Below, one piece after another: positions 1 to 9,621 of a stretch of 64,000 nucleotides of DNA; within the stretch, counting starts at the first letter, position 1; each line of letters opens with the position of its first letter. Location: NCBI GenBank assembly GCA_002492725.1, contig DLAF01000071.1:2305-66304 (forward strand), given 5' to 3'. Under the pieces are notes generated by a model that was not told the DNA's origin, made no database searches, and saw only the letters and a list, made by a program, of their open reading frames with translations. Made by a program: the position numbers and the translations under genes. This stretch comes from Lachnospiraceae bacterium UBA7054 (GTDB taxonomy: Bacteria > Bacillota > Clostridia > Lachnospirales > Lachnospiraceae).

Positions 1-380
1 TGAACGGAAAGAGAAACCTGTCTGTACCCATGTGTTTCCAGCAGGACAAGGATTTCTTTCATCATAGCCGTCCCAATGCCAAGGCCCCGGTATTCTTTGT
101 CGAGAGAGATTGCAAGAGAAGGTGTTTTATTGTCGATGTGTCCGTAATCGTTCATAATGCGAACCCAGACTGCGCCGACAATCTTTCCTTCAACTTCTGC
201 CACTAAGCCATGATCGTCTTTTGCTTCCCCGAAACGCGCAACATAAACCTGTAATTCGGGGGAGGCGATAATGGTTTTGGGCGGAGATTCGATGCCCTCC
301 GGAACAAAAATTGCTTCGTATAGAAAATAATCCAGCAGCGGATATTCCTGTTTTCGTATTTCGCGTATTGTATAGTCCAT
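1..380 (-). CDS. GNAT-family N-acetyltransferase (3' end runs off the window)
   Basis: Manual translation from ATG at 380: MDYTIREIRKQEYPLLDYFLYEAIFVPEG...AISLDKEYRGLGIGTAMM, containing the GNAT acetyl-CoA motif R-G-x-G-x-G. Absent from the ORF track because no stop falls in the window. Confidence 0.85.
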   Translation of the reverse strand, partial: MDYTIREIRKQEYPLLDYFLYEAIFVPEGIESPPKTIIASPELQVYVARFGEAKDDHGLVAEVEGKIVGAVWVRIMNDYGHIDNKTPSLAISLDKEYRGLGIGTAMMKEILVLLETHGYRQVSLSV

Positions 381-554
381 GGCGGGCCCTTCGATTTTGC
401 TGTTATAAAGTGATTGCTGCATAAAGTTTTTTTGTGGATATTATTATAGTTTACTTTTCATAAGGATACAATATCAAAAAGTTGATTCTTGAACTTTAAT
501 TGCAGACTATAATATAATGTTTTCATGGCTATAGTATTTGAAAGGATTATAAAT

Positions 555-1019
555 ATGGTAAGGCAGATACGAATTTCTGCGAAAGCAGTTATCATCCAAA
601 ACGGCAAATTGCTTGCCATAAAGTTGAATGACGGAAAAGAGGAATGGTACATTTTACCCAGCGGAGGTCAGGATTGTGAGGAAAGGCTACCGCAGACTGT
701 TGAACGGGAAGTGAGAGAAGAAGCGGGAATAGAGGTCAAATGTAAAGATTTACTTTTTGTAATAGAGGGAGTTCACGGCGAGAGTTTTCACAGAGTGGAT
801 TTAGTGTTTTTATGTGATTACATAGGAGAAGCTTCGGATGCAACGCTTCATAGTGATACGAATCAAATTGGAGTGGAATGGCTGGATTTGTCTATCTTGA
901 ACAGATTGCCCTTGTATCCGTCGAGACTTCGCCGCCCGATTATGAATTTTTATGAGGGAAAAGAATATGTGAGATATCTTGGGAATGAGGAGATAGGTGA
1001 TCCGGAATGTGTAGAATGA
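555..1019 (+). CDS. NUDIX hydrolase
   Basis: Nudix box GG..EE....VEREVREEAG; ATG at 555 follows AAAGGA. Confidence 0.85.
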   Translation: MVRQIRISAKAVIIQNGKLLAIKLNDGKEEWYILPSGGQDCEERLPQTVEREVREEAGIEVKCKDLLFVIEGVHGESFHRVDLVFLCDYIGEASDATLHSDTNQIGVEWLDLSILNRLPLYPSRLRRPIMNFYEGKEYVRYLGNEEIGDPECVE

Positions 1020-1522
1020 TAATTTGCGGATTAAATGGTGCAGGAAAGAGTACGCTTGGAAAAGCCCTTGCAGAGCGGTTACAGTCTCATTTCATTGATA
1101 TAGAAAACCTGTATTTTCCCAAGACAGATCCCGATTATCTTTACGACAAACCCCGAACCCGTGAGGAGGTTGCGCGGCTTTTGATTGACGAGATGAAAGC
1201 GCATGAAGATTTTGTTCTTGCTTCCGGAAAAGGAGATTATGGGGAGGCTGTTACTTCTCTTTTTCAGTGTGCGGTATTGCTTGTTGTGCCAAAGGAGATT
1301 AGGATGCAACGTGTGAAGGAGCGTTCTTTTCAGAAATTTGGCAGGCGCATGTCGTTGGGCGGAGATCTGTATGAGAGGGAAGAAAAGTTTTTTCGCTTTG
1401 TAGAATCCAGAGCGGAGAATGAAGTGGAGGAATGGGTTAAAACTTTGCAGTGTCCGGTGATACGGCTTGACGGGACAAAACCCATAGAGGAGAATGTTAA
1501 CTTTATAATCGAGTACACATAA
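1007..1522 (+). CDS. P-loop kinase (shikimate/adenylate kinase-like)
   Basis: N-terminal Walker A GLNGAGKST; 171 aa. Confidence 0.75.
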   Translation: MCRMIICGLNGAGKSTLGKALAERLQSHFIDIENLYFPKTDPDYLYDKPRTREEVARLLIDEMKAHEDFVLASGKGDYGEAVTSLFQCAVLLVVPKEIRMQRVKERSFQKFGRRMSLGGDLYEREEKFFRFVESRAENEVEEWVKTLQCPVIRLDGTKPIEENVNFIIEYT

Positions 1523-1551
1523 AATATGGTTTGTTGAAAGGGAGGATAGAG

Positions 1552-2088
1552 ATGACCTGCAGCATCAGAAAATGGAAACTATCAGACGCAAAAGATTTGG
1601 CGGTCGTCTGTTCTAACAAAAAGGTACAGGATAATCTGCGGGATGGACTGCCCTATCCTTATACGGAGCAGGATGGCGTGGACTTTATCTCCGCTATGCT
1701 TGCCGCAGATGAAAATGAAACCTTCGCTTTTGCAATCACGGTAGATGACAAAGTGGTGGGCAGTATCGGCGTTTTCCGTCAGGCTAATATTCACAGGCAG
1801 ACGGCGGAGCTGGGATATTACATTGCGGAAGAATATTGGGGCAAAGGAATAATGACCAAGACAGTCAATCTGATTTGTAACTATGTGTTTGATAACAGCG
1901 ACATAATCCGCATTTTTGCAGAGCCGTTTGCTTACAATGCGGCTTCCTGCCGGGTACTGGAAAAGGCAGGATTTCAATATGAGGGCACTTTAAGAAAAAA
2001 TGCCGTCAAAAATGGCAAAGTGATTGACATGAAGATGTACGCTTTATTGAAAGGACATGCAAGCACCAGGAAAGATGTGGGCGTCTGA
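1552..2088 (+). CDS. GNAT acetyltransferase, RimJ/RimL type
   Basis: AELGYYIAEEYWGKGIMT and NAASCRVLEKAGFQYEG motifs; GGAGG RBS before ATG 1552. Confidence 0.9.
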   Translation: MTCSIRKWKLSDAKDLAVVCSNKKVQDNLRDGLPYPYTEQDGVDFISAMLAADENETFAFAITVDDKVVGSIGVFRQANIHRQTAELGYYIAEEYWGKGIMTKTVNLICNYVFDNSDIIRIFAEPFAYNAASCRVLEKAGFQYEGTLRKNAVKNGKVIDMKMYALLKGHASTRKDVGV

Positions 2089-2131
2089 CGAAAAATGCCT
2101 GGTAATTTGATGTAACGGAGGAAATGCGGCA

Positions 2132-2821
2132 GTGAACAGGATTCTGATCATAGATGATGATAAAGAGCTTTGTGCATTGATCAAGCGAAGCGTCTTGCAG
2201 GAAAGCATTGAAGCAGACTGCTGTTATTCTGGGAAATCCGGTCTGCTTCAGATGCAGGAAAAGGAATATCAGCTTGTCATATTGGATGTAATGATGCCTG
2301 GATTTGATGGTTTTGAAACCTTAGAGCAGATCAGAAAACAAAGCAGTCTGCCGATTCTGATGTTTACTTCCAAAAATGACAGCGCCTCCAAAGTGCGTGG
2401 TTTACGGGCAGGGGCTGACGATTATCTGACAAAACCTTTTGATATGGATGAACTGATTGCCCGCATTTTGTCGCTGATCAGGCGGTATACCCGTTTTAAT
2501 CAAGAGGATGAGCAGCAGACATATGATTTTGACGGGTTGTCGATTGATTTTAACAATCGCTCGATTGATACGGTAAACGGTGATTATGAACTGCCGCCGA
2601 AAGAATTTGATCTGCTCTTGTTACTTGCCAAAAATCAGGGGAAGATACTGACTAAGCAGCAAATTTATGAAAAGGTTTGGGGAGAAGAATATGTTTATGA
2701 CGACAGCAATATTATGGCAATCATCAGCCGCCTGCGGAAAAAGATAGAAGAAAATCCGAGCAGTCCACGGTATATACAGACTGTGAAAGGGATTGGGTAT
2801 CGTTTCAACAGGGAGGTGTGA
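2132..2821 (+). CDS. OmpR-family response regulator
   Basis: Receiver domain (DDD, LDVMMP, KPF) plus winged helix ending IQTVKGIGYRF. Confidence 0.95.
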   Translation: MNRILIIDDDKELCALIKRSVLQESIEADCCYSGKSGLLQMQEKEYQLVILDVMMPGFDGFETLEQIRKQSSLPILMFTSKNDSASKVRGLRAGADDYLTKPFDMDELIARILSLIRRYTRFNQEDEQQTYDFDGLSIDFNNRSIDTVNGDYELPPKEFDLLLLLAKNQGKILTKQQIYEKVWGEEYVYDDSNIMAIISRLRKKIEENPSSPRYIQTVKGIGYRFNREV

Positions 2822-2824
2822 GCA

Positions 2825-3751
2825 TTGTACATAGAAGCAGCTGCCATGATTGCGTTGGGTGTTGCATTGGTTACTGTATGCGGGGCGTGTTTGACGGTGC
2901 GGCGTGTCAAAAAACAGATAGCGGAAATGTCTGATGTATTAGAAGATATCAAAAACGGGAATGGGAACAGGCGTATTTTAGCAGAGACACATGAGCTTGC
3001 CGCTCCGCTTGTCTATGAGATCAATGATATTATCCTGTCTTATGAGAACAGACTCTCCGCTTATCGTCGGATAGATGAAACCAACAGACAGCTTATGACG
3101 AGCCTTTCCCACGATGTAAGGACACCGCTTACCACCCTGATCGGATATTTGGATGCGGCGCATAAGGGAATCGTCAATGGAAAAGAGCGGGATGACGATA
3201 TCGAAACGGCCCGTCGGAAAGCGCACGATTTAAAAGACTATATAGATGTACTTTTTGATTGGTTCAAGCTGGGTTCTAATGAATTTTCCATGAATATATC
3301 CACGGTCGATTTAACGGAACTGACACGGAACATACTGATCGACTGGATACCGATCTTTGAGGAAGCGCAGATAGGGTTTAAGGCAGACATTCCGGAGCAG
3401 CCGTTTCGGGTGCAGATCGACCCGGACGGGTATCTGCGGATACTCAATAACCTGATACAGAATGTCATTTCTCACAGTCATGCGGATCAGGCGGCAATCG
3501 CCTTATCAGAGCAGGGAGGGAAGATAAAGATTTCATTGTTTGATAATGGCATAGGGATCGATCAGGAGGATTTGAAGCATATTTTTGAACGGCTTTATAA
3601 ATGCGATAAAGGGCGCTCCGAAAAAGGCAGCGGTCTTGGCTTGTCCATCGTACAGCAGCTTACAGCTAAGTTGAATGGGACGATTACGGCGGAAAGTACA
3701 CCGGGCGAAGGAACTGTTTTTACACTGTTTTTCCCATTGGCAGAATCGTAA
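2825..3751 (+). CDS. Sensor histidine kinase (single TM, intramembrane-sensing type)
   Basis: H-box SHDVRTPLT, N-box NLIQN, G boxes DNGIG and GSGLGL. Confidence 0.93.
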   Translation: MYIEAAAMIALGVALVTVCGACLTVRRVKKQIAEMSDVLEDIKNGNGNRRILAETHELAAPLVYEINDIILSYENRLSAYRRIDETNRQLMTSLSHDVRTPLTTLIGYLDAAHKGIVNGKERDDDIETARRKAHDLKDYIDVLFDWFKLGSNEFSMNISTVDLTELTRNILIDWIPIFEEAQIGFKADIPEQPFRVQIDPDGYLRILNNLIQNVISHSHADQAAIALSEQGGKIKISLFDNGIGIDQEDLKHIFERLYKCDKGRSEKGSGLGLSIVQQLTAKLNGTITAESTPGEGTVFTLFFPLAES

Positions 3752-3826
3752 AATATCTTTTTCTAATGCAATAGAATCTCCGCCTTGCGGGGATTTTATT
3801 TTTCTGCAATTATTTGGTTCTTGAAA

Positions 3827-3865
3827 TGCAAGCTTTTTGCAAGGTTCGTGCAAGGTTTATGCAAG
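3827..3865 (+). promoter_or_regulatory. Four TGCAAG direct repeats at 11-bp period; probable binding site of the adjacent OmpR regulator
   Basis: TGCAAG at 3827, 3838, 3849 and 3860, directly upstream of the ABC operon. Confidence 0.7.
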
Positions 3866-3924
3866 ACTGGCATGATAGGATAAATATATCCGGATAAATT
3901 CTAATGAATATAGGAGGTCTCGCA

Positions 3925-4848
3925 ATGAGCAGCTATGTAATTGAAACAAAGAATCTGACCAAACAATATGGGGAGCAGAAAAGTGTTGCGAATTTGAATA
4001 TCCACGTTCAAAAAGGGCGTATCTACGGTCTGCTAGGCAGAAATGGGGCGGGAAAGACTACGACAATGAAAATGTTGCTTGGGTTGACGAAACCCACTTC
4101 CGGGGAAGTGACGATCTGGGGAAAGCCATTCGTGGAAAATGAAAAAAAGATTTTGCCACGCATTGGCTGCCTGATTGAATCGCCGGGATTCTATCCCAAT
4201 CTGACTGCGACAGAAAATCTGCGTATTTTTGCCACCCTGCGGGGAGTGCCAAACCGCAATGCGATCAGGGGTGCGCTGGATCTGGTCGGTCTGCCTTACA
4301 AAGACAAAAAGCTGTTTTCCCAGTATTCGTTGGGCATGAAGCAGCGTCTGGCGATTGCTCTTGCCATTATGCATGATCCGGAACTTCTGATTTTAGATGA
4401 ACCAATTAACGGTCTTGATCCGATTGGAATTGCGGAAGTGCGCTCTTTTATTCGCGGTCTCTGTAATGAGCGGGGGAAAACAATCCTGATATCCAGCCAC
4501 ATTCTTTCCGAAATTGCATTGCTGGCGGACGATATTGGAATTATTGACCACGGCGTATTGCTGGAAGAAGAAAGTCTTGTGGAACTGGAAGCAAAGAGCA
4601 GCAAACATATTCGTTTTACGGTGTCGGATGCGGCACAGGCGGCAAGAATTTTGGAACGCAATTTTCATGAAAATCGGTTTACCATACAGGATGATCACAA
4701 TATGCGGTTAAACAATCTGGAAATCTTAGTTTCCGATATTGTCACCGCTTTTGTAGAAAATGGAATTGCTGTATCGGAAGCGCATACCTGTGAGGAAAGC
4801 CTGGAAGATTACTTCAAGCGGGTAACGGGAGGTGAGGGGATTGCTTAG
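3925..4848 (+). CDS. ABC transporter ATP-binding protein (BcrA/lantibiotic-immunity type)
   Basis: GRNGAGKTT, YSLGMKQRL, LILDEPINGLDP. Confidence 0.92.
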   Translation: MSSYVIETKNLTKQYGEQKSVANLNIHVQKGRIYGLLGRNGAGKTTTMKMLLGLTKPTSGEVTIWGKPFVENEKKILPRIGCLIESPGFYPNLTATENLRIFATLRGVPNRNAIRGALDLVGLPYKDKKLFSQYSLGMKQRLAIALAIMHDPELLILDEPINGLDPIGIAEVRSFIRGLCNERGKTILISSHILSEIALLADDIGIIDHGVLLEEESLVELEAKSSKHIRFTVSDAAQAARILERNFHENRFTIQDDHNMRLNNLEILVSDIVTAFVENGIAVSEAHTCEESLEDYFKRVTGGEGIA

Positions 4849-5572
4849 GCTGATTATCTGTGAATTTACTAAATTAAAACGGAAGAAATTTGTTTTACTT
4901 GTCATCCTTTCCGCATTTATCTTTCCGGTACCCATTACCGTAATGATGACGACGCCGCAGATGGCGAAAAGATTTAGCAGTGATGTTGAAGTTTTTAATG
5001 CCTGTTTTCAGTTTATTATGGGATATGGGGTAGAGCTGCTTTTGCCCTGCATTATTGGCGTGATTGCGGCAATGCTGTTTTTTATGGAGCGGGATAATGA
5101 CACTTTTAAAAATTTAGCGACCATACCGGTGACAAGCACACAAATGATTATTGCCAAAATCATTGTTTTATTCTTTATGGGCGTTGTTTTCAGCTTGACT
5201 TCCGCTTTTGCGGCAGTCGCATGCGGCGGTCTGGTATCCGAGGTAAACGGGGTCTTTTATAAACTGTTTGTGGCAGTGGAAATGGGACTTTTTATCACTG
5301 CCGGGACATTGCCATTGATCGTCCTTGTGGTTTTCTTTAGTAAGACTTATATTTTTTCCATTCTGCTGTGTGTCTTTTACAGTGTTTTGAGCATGACTGC
5401 GGAAACTTGTTTCGGGGTATTGCCGAAGGCTGTATGCTGGCTGGTACCGATTCCCCTTACTACGCTTTGGAGCGCAGGAGATATGGAAAAGCATGGGGTG
5501 ATCGAGGTTGCGGGTGTGCTTGCAGATTTGCTTCCGACAACCTTTCAAACGATTGTCATTTTGGGAATCTAG
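4841..5572 (+). CDS. ABC-2 type permease, probably truncated by a premature TAG
   Basis: Multi-TM protein with EFTKLKR and ERDNDTFKNL motifs. The frame continues past TAG 5570-5572 as AVISIFAIDYLYKRRGE to TAA at 5626. Confidence 0.8.
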   Translation: MLRLIICEFTKLKRKKFVLLVILSAFIFPVPITVMMTTPQMAKRFSSDVEVFNACFQFIMGYGVELLLPCIIGVIAAMLFFMERDNDTFKNLATIPVTSTQMIIAKIIVLFFMGVVFSLTSAFAAVACGGLVSEVNGVFYKLFVAVEMGLFITAGTLPLIVLVVFFSKTYIFSILLCVFYSVLSMTAETCFGVLPKAVCWLVPIPLTTLWSAGDMEKHGVIEVAGVLADLLPTTFQTIVILGI

Positions 5573-5627
5573 GCGGTCATTTCTATTTTTGCCATTGATT
5601 ATCTTTATAAAAGGAGGGGGGAATAAT

Positions 5628-6407
5628 ATGTTTCGCATCGTTAAAACTGAAATCTGGAAACTGAAACGATATCATATGATATGGGCAGGCGTCTTTCTGA
5701 TGCTCCTTTCTGTTTTACTGACCTTATTTTCCACTACGGCGCTGGATGGTACTTATTGGACATTTTCGCATTTTACGGAACAGGTGATCAAAAACAATTT
5801 CAGTATGATTTTTCCCATGTGTATTACGTTGCTTGGCGGATATATCATTGCAAGGGAAGAAAGGGACGATACGATGAAAAGTATTTTGACGGTTCCTGTT
5901 TCTTATTGCAGTTTATTATGGGGAAAGTTGTTTGTTTGCGCAGTGCTGTCCCTGTTTTTAGGGTTGATCAGCGCAGTATTTACTATCATTGCGAATTTAC
6001 TCATGGGATTTCCGGGGTTTTCCGCAACAGCTGTATTACAGACATTGATGCAAATCATTTTCAACTGCCTGTTTTTGTATATTGCGGTCATGCCGATTAT
6101 TGCAGCGACTGCCCGTATCTCGGGCGGACATATGATTGGGACAATCCTTGCATTTGCCTATGGATATGGGGGAATGTTTGCCGCAGGGAATATGACGCTT
6201 GCCGGCATTTACCCAATCACGGCAAGCCTGGGGTTGATCCGTTACCGAAGCTATGATGAGGCTGTCAACTGGAATGTGCCACTATGCGGCCTGAGCATGA
6301 TGGAAGCTTTCATCATTACCGCAGTTTTTGTGGTGACAACAAAAACTGCTTCTCCCGCCCAAACGGGGAAGAAACAGAAAAAGGCTGTTACCAAAAAAGG
6401 CTGGTAG
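5628..6407 (+). CDS. ABC-2 type permease
   Basis: MFRIVKTEIWKLKR start after AGGAGG; REERDDTMKSILTVP; about 6 TM segments. Confidence 0.88.
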   Translation: MFRIVKTEIWKLKRYHMIWAGVFLMLLSVLLTLFSTTALDGTYWTFSHFTEQVIKNNFSMIFPMCITLLGGYIIAREERDDTMKSILTVPVSYCSLLWGKLFVCAVLSLFLGLISAVFTIIANLLMGFPGFSATAVLQTLMQIIFNCLFLYIAVMPIIAATARISGGHMIGTILAFAYGYGGMFAAGNMTLAGIYPITASLGLIRYRSYDEAVNWNVPLCGLSMMEAFIITAVFVVTTKTASPAQTGKKQKKAVTKKGW

Positions 6408-6412
6408 GTCAT

Positions 6413-8059
6413 TCACAGTGAAGCGTGCTTAGCAGCTGCTTCCAGCGCCTCGTCGATATGGGCGCAGAAATTCTCTGCGCCGACCCGCTCGGTGAAGCCC
6501 GCCTTATCCATTACTTTTTTCGGTTGTTCATTGACATGGGAGAGGATGATACGGATGCTTCTCTTTTCACATTTCTCTAAAAGTTCTGTCAAAGAGTGCA
6601 TGGCGGTCGCGTCGATGGCGTTCACGCTGCGCATGCGCAGGATCAGGCAGATGGTGTCCTCCTTTAAAGAAATGCGCAGGATCTTGTCCGCCGCGGCGAA
6701 AAACATCGGTCCGGATATCTCGTAAACCAACGTGTGACTTGGCACCACACGCAGGGAAAGGGCGTCGGGATCGTCCTCTTCATCCACATACTTCCAGCCT
6801 TCCACTTCCGTCACTTCACTCATGCGCTTCATAAAGAGGATGGCGGCGAGAAGGATGCCGACCTCGATCGCAAGTACCAGATCAAAGACAACGGTAAGTA
6901 CAAAACTGAGCACAAGAACGATAATATCACTTTTGGGAGAGGATTTCACCAGGTTCACAAAGGTACGCCAGCCGCTCATATTGTAGGCCACCATAAAGAG
7001 GATGGCGGCAATGCAGGGCATGGGGATCAACGCCGCGTAAGGCATCAGAACCACAAGGATCAATACCAGCGTGATAGAGTGAACCATACCGGCAATCGGA
7101 GTGCGTCCGCCGTTTTTGATATTGGCGGCGGTTCTTGCAATCGCGCCCGTGGCGGGGATGCCGCCGAAAAGGGCGGAGCCGATGTTGCCGACGCCCTGCG
7201 CGATCAGTTCCATGTTGGAGCGGTGCTTGGAATTGATCATGCTGTCCGAAACCACGCAGGAGAGCAGGGATTCGATAGCGGCCAAAATGGCGATGGTAAA
7301 AGCGTTTGGCAGGATATCACCCACGTCTCTCAAGGTGAAAGAAGGCAAATGAAAGCTTGGCAGTTTATTGCTGATCTCATAGAGATCGCCGATGGTGTTC
7401 ACGTTCATATGGAGAAGTTTTACCATCAGGATACCGGCAATCACGGCAATCAGGGAGCCGGGAATGGTCTTATTGATATAGGGCCATACAATGAGGATGG
7501 CAAGGCAGACCAGTCCCACGATGAGCGCCTGTACGTTGACGGTCGAGATATTTTTGACAACGGCCTCCAGCTTTTCCATGGTCTCGATCGTCACGGTTCC
7601 CGCAGGATAAGTCAGTCCCAGAAAGTCCTTGATCTGACCGATGGCGATGGTGACGGCGATACCCGCCGTGAAACCTGTGGTGATGGTATAAGGAATGTAT
7701 TTGATCAGGTTGCCAAGGCGTAAAAAACCCATGGCAATCAGAATCATGCCTGCAAGGATGGTAGCAAGGATCAGGCCGTCCATGCCCTTCGTGGCGACAA
7801 TGCCCGCGACAATGGTGGCAAAGGCTGCCGTGGGGCCTGCAATCTGTACGCGGCTTCCGCCTAAAAAGGAGATCAGAAAGCCCGCGACGATGGCGGTGTA
7901 AATACCCTGTTCCGGGCCAACGCCCGATGCGAGGGCCAAAGCGATTGACAGGGGCAGAGCGATGATTGCTACGATGATGCCCGCGATTACGTCCTTAATG
8001 AACTGGTCCTTCGTGTAAGTCTTCATGACAGAAAACAACTTTGGCTTCAACTTTTCCAT
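6413..8059 (-). CDS. SulP-family anion permease with C-terminal STAS domain
   Basis: DVIAGIIVAIIALPLSIALA, GPTAAF, STAS motif GPMFFAAA...IDATA. Confidence 0.95.
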   Translation of the reverse strand: MEKLKPKLFSVMKTYTKDQFIKDVIAGIIVAIIALPLSIALALASGVGPEQGIYTAIVAGFLISFLGGSRVQIAGPTAAFATIVAGIVATKGMDGLILATILAGMILIAMGFLRLGNLIKYIPYTITTGFTAGIAVTIAIGQIKDFLGLTYPAGTVTIETMEKLEAVVKNISTVNVQALIVGLVCLAILIVWPYINKTIPGSLIAVIAGILMVKLLHMNVNTIGDLYEISNKLPSFHLPSFTLRDVGDILPNAFTIAILAAIESLLSCVVSDSMINSKHRSNMELIAQGVGNIGSALFGGIPATGAIARTAANIKNGGRTPIAGMVHSITLVLILVVLMPYAALIPMPCIAAILFMVAYNMSGWRTFVNLVKSSPKSDIIVLVLSFVLTVVFDLVLAIEVGILLAAILFMKRMSEVTEVEGWKYVDEEDDPDALSLRVVPSHTLVYEISGPMFFAAADKILRISLKEDTICLILRMRSVNAIDATAMHSLTELLEKCEKRSIRIILSHVNEQPKKVMDKAGFTERVGAENFCAHIDEALEAAAKHASL

Positions 8060-8294
8060 AATAGGTCAACTCCTGATTTCCTGAATTTATCTTTTGCAAC
8101 TATGCCAGTCTGTATCGTCCGTGTTTTTGCGGCAGTCAATATCTTTTCTTCTTGCTGCGCGGATTATCTCCCTGCACCTGGGCACACCGACGTTTCCATC
8201 ATAGTACCATTTACCGTTTTTTTCAAGTGGTTTTGCCTATATGTCCTGCATATTGGCGGGAAATGCTTTGGGTAATTTTTTGAATAGCTGCACC

Positions 8295-8323
8295 TTGACA
8301 GAATAAGTTCTATATAGTACTAT
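8295..8323 (+). promoter_or_regulatory. Sigma-A promoter with overlapping dyad (candidate MarR operator)
   Basis: TTGACA-17bp-TACTAT; imperfect palindrome AGTTCTATATAGTACT at 8306-8321. Confidence 0.55.
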
Positions 8324-8407
8324 TTTAGAGAAAGGAGACGTCCTTTTTCATGCTGTACAGCAAAACTGCCGCTTTTATCCTTGTGAAGCGGTGGAACAAG
8401 GAAAGGT

Positions 8408-8905
8408 GTGATATCACTGGAAACACGAGCAGGTTTTTTGATTTCTCATATTAAACAGGTGCAAGGGAGAGTTTTTGATCGGCTTTTGCAGACATGTGGC
8501 GTGGATGAATTTAACGGACCGCAGGGGCATATTCTTTATGTGTTATGGCAAAGTGAAGGCATTCCCATTATAGAACTTTCACAAAAGACAGGATTGGCAA
8601 AAAATACGCTTACTGCAATGCTTTTCAGAATGGAAGAAAACGGCTTGATCTGCCGGGAAGTTTCAGCTTCTGACCGACGCCAAAGCCTGATCAGTCTGAC
8701 ACCCAAAGCTCGTGCGTTAGAGAAACGTTACAATCAAGTCTCCCAGCAAATGAACAGCCTGTTTTTTAAGGATTTTGAAAAGGCGGAAATCAAGGAATTG
8801 GAACAGTATCTTGACCGTATTGTATCCAACTTGGAGCAAGTGGAACAAGCATTAAAAAAAGGAAAGGATGTACACGATGGCAAAGGTAAAAACGAAGATT
8901 TATAA
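8408..8905 (+). CDS. MarR-family transcriptional regulator
   Basis: HTH LSQKTGLAKNTLTAML and the DRR wing motif. Confidence 0.9.
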   Translation: MISLETRAGFLISHIKQVQGRVFDRLLQTCGVDEFNGPQGHILYVLWQSEGIPIIELSQKTGLAKNTLTAMLFRMEENGLICREVSASDRRQSLISLTPKARALEKRYNQVSQQMNSLFFKDFEKAEIKELEQYLDRIVSNLEQVEQALKKGKDVHDGKGKNEDL

Positions 8906-9473
8906 TGATTTCTGTCCGCAGGCGTTATTTCTTTATGGCACAAAACAGGAAGACGGACAGCCCCATTTTGGTCTTTTCTGTTGGTTTAGCTATTGTCATT
9001 CTGCAGAGGGGCTCGGAGTCATGGCTTGTATCGGTGAGGAAAAGCAGACCAAGGATTTGATACGCAAAAACGGTGTGTTCTCAGCGAATCTCGTATCTGA
9101 ACGGATGCTGCCCTTGGCAGATTATTATGGTTGTACCTGTGGAAGAACCACACCTGATAAAATGAAGTTTCTGCCTACTGTAGAATGGGGACAAGTGCTG
9201 GATGTGCCAACCATTGCAGAAAGCCCTGTTAGTTTTGAGCTGGAAGTAAAAAAATCAATCCCTATGGGAGATGGATCAGATATTTTTCTCTGTTTAATCC
9301 GTAATGTAACCCAGGATGAACAACTGATGGATACAACGGTTCCCTTTACGGAAAGATTGATGCAGGCTGCTCCGGTATTGTCTCCCGGCGAAGAAACATA
9401 CTCTTCCATTGATGGAAGGTATCTTGGGAAATGGGGAGAACCCATGAAAAATATGGCTGACATCAAAGAATAG
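8877..9473 (+). CDS. Flavin reductase-like (flavoredoxin) protein
   Basis: FSANLVSE...ADYYG, PTIAESPVSFELEV. Confidence 0.8.
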   Translation: MAKVKTKIYNDFCPQALFLYGTKQEDGQPHFGLFCWFSYCHSAEGLGVMACIGEEKQTKDLIRKNGVFSANLVSERMLPLADYYGCTCGRTTPDKMKFLPTVEWGQVLDVPTIAESPVSFELEVKKSIPMGDGSDIFLCLIRNVTQDEQLMDTTVPFTERLMQAAPVLSPGEETYSSIDGRYLGKWGEPMKNMADIKE

Positions 9474-9524
9474 CTGCATCATACAAACGCATCTTAAAAG
9501 AACAGGCTGCAAAGGTCTTGGAAT

Positions 9525-9557
9525 AATTTAATCCCCCCGAATTGGGGGGATTAAATT
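9525..9557. terminator. Perfect 14-bp hairpin, probable terminator
   Basis: AATTTAATCCCCCC-gaatt-GGGGGGATTAAATT. Confidence 0.55.
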
Positions 9558-9621
9558 GCTAAATCAGATAAATTTTTCATTTTACAGATGGAAGCCAAAA
9601 ATGTTACGAAAGGGAAAATAT

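Noticed and set aside
6734-7723. 329-aa plus-strand ORF and many similar 60-260 aa overlapping ORFs
   Set aside because: They lie antisense to well-supported genes such as SulP and are explained by codon bias.
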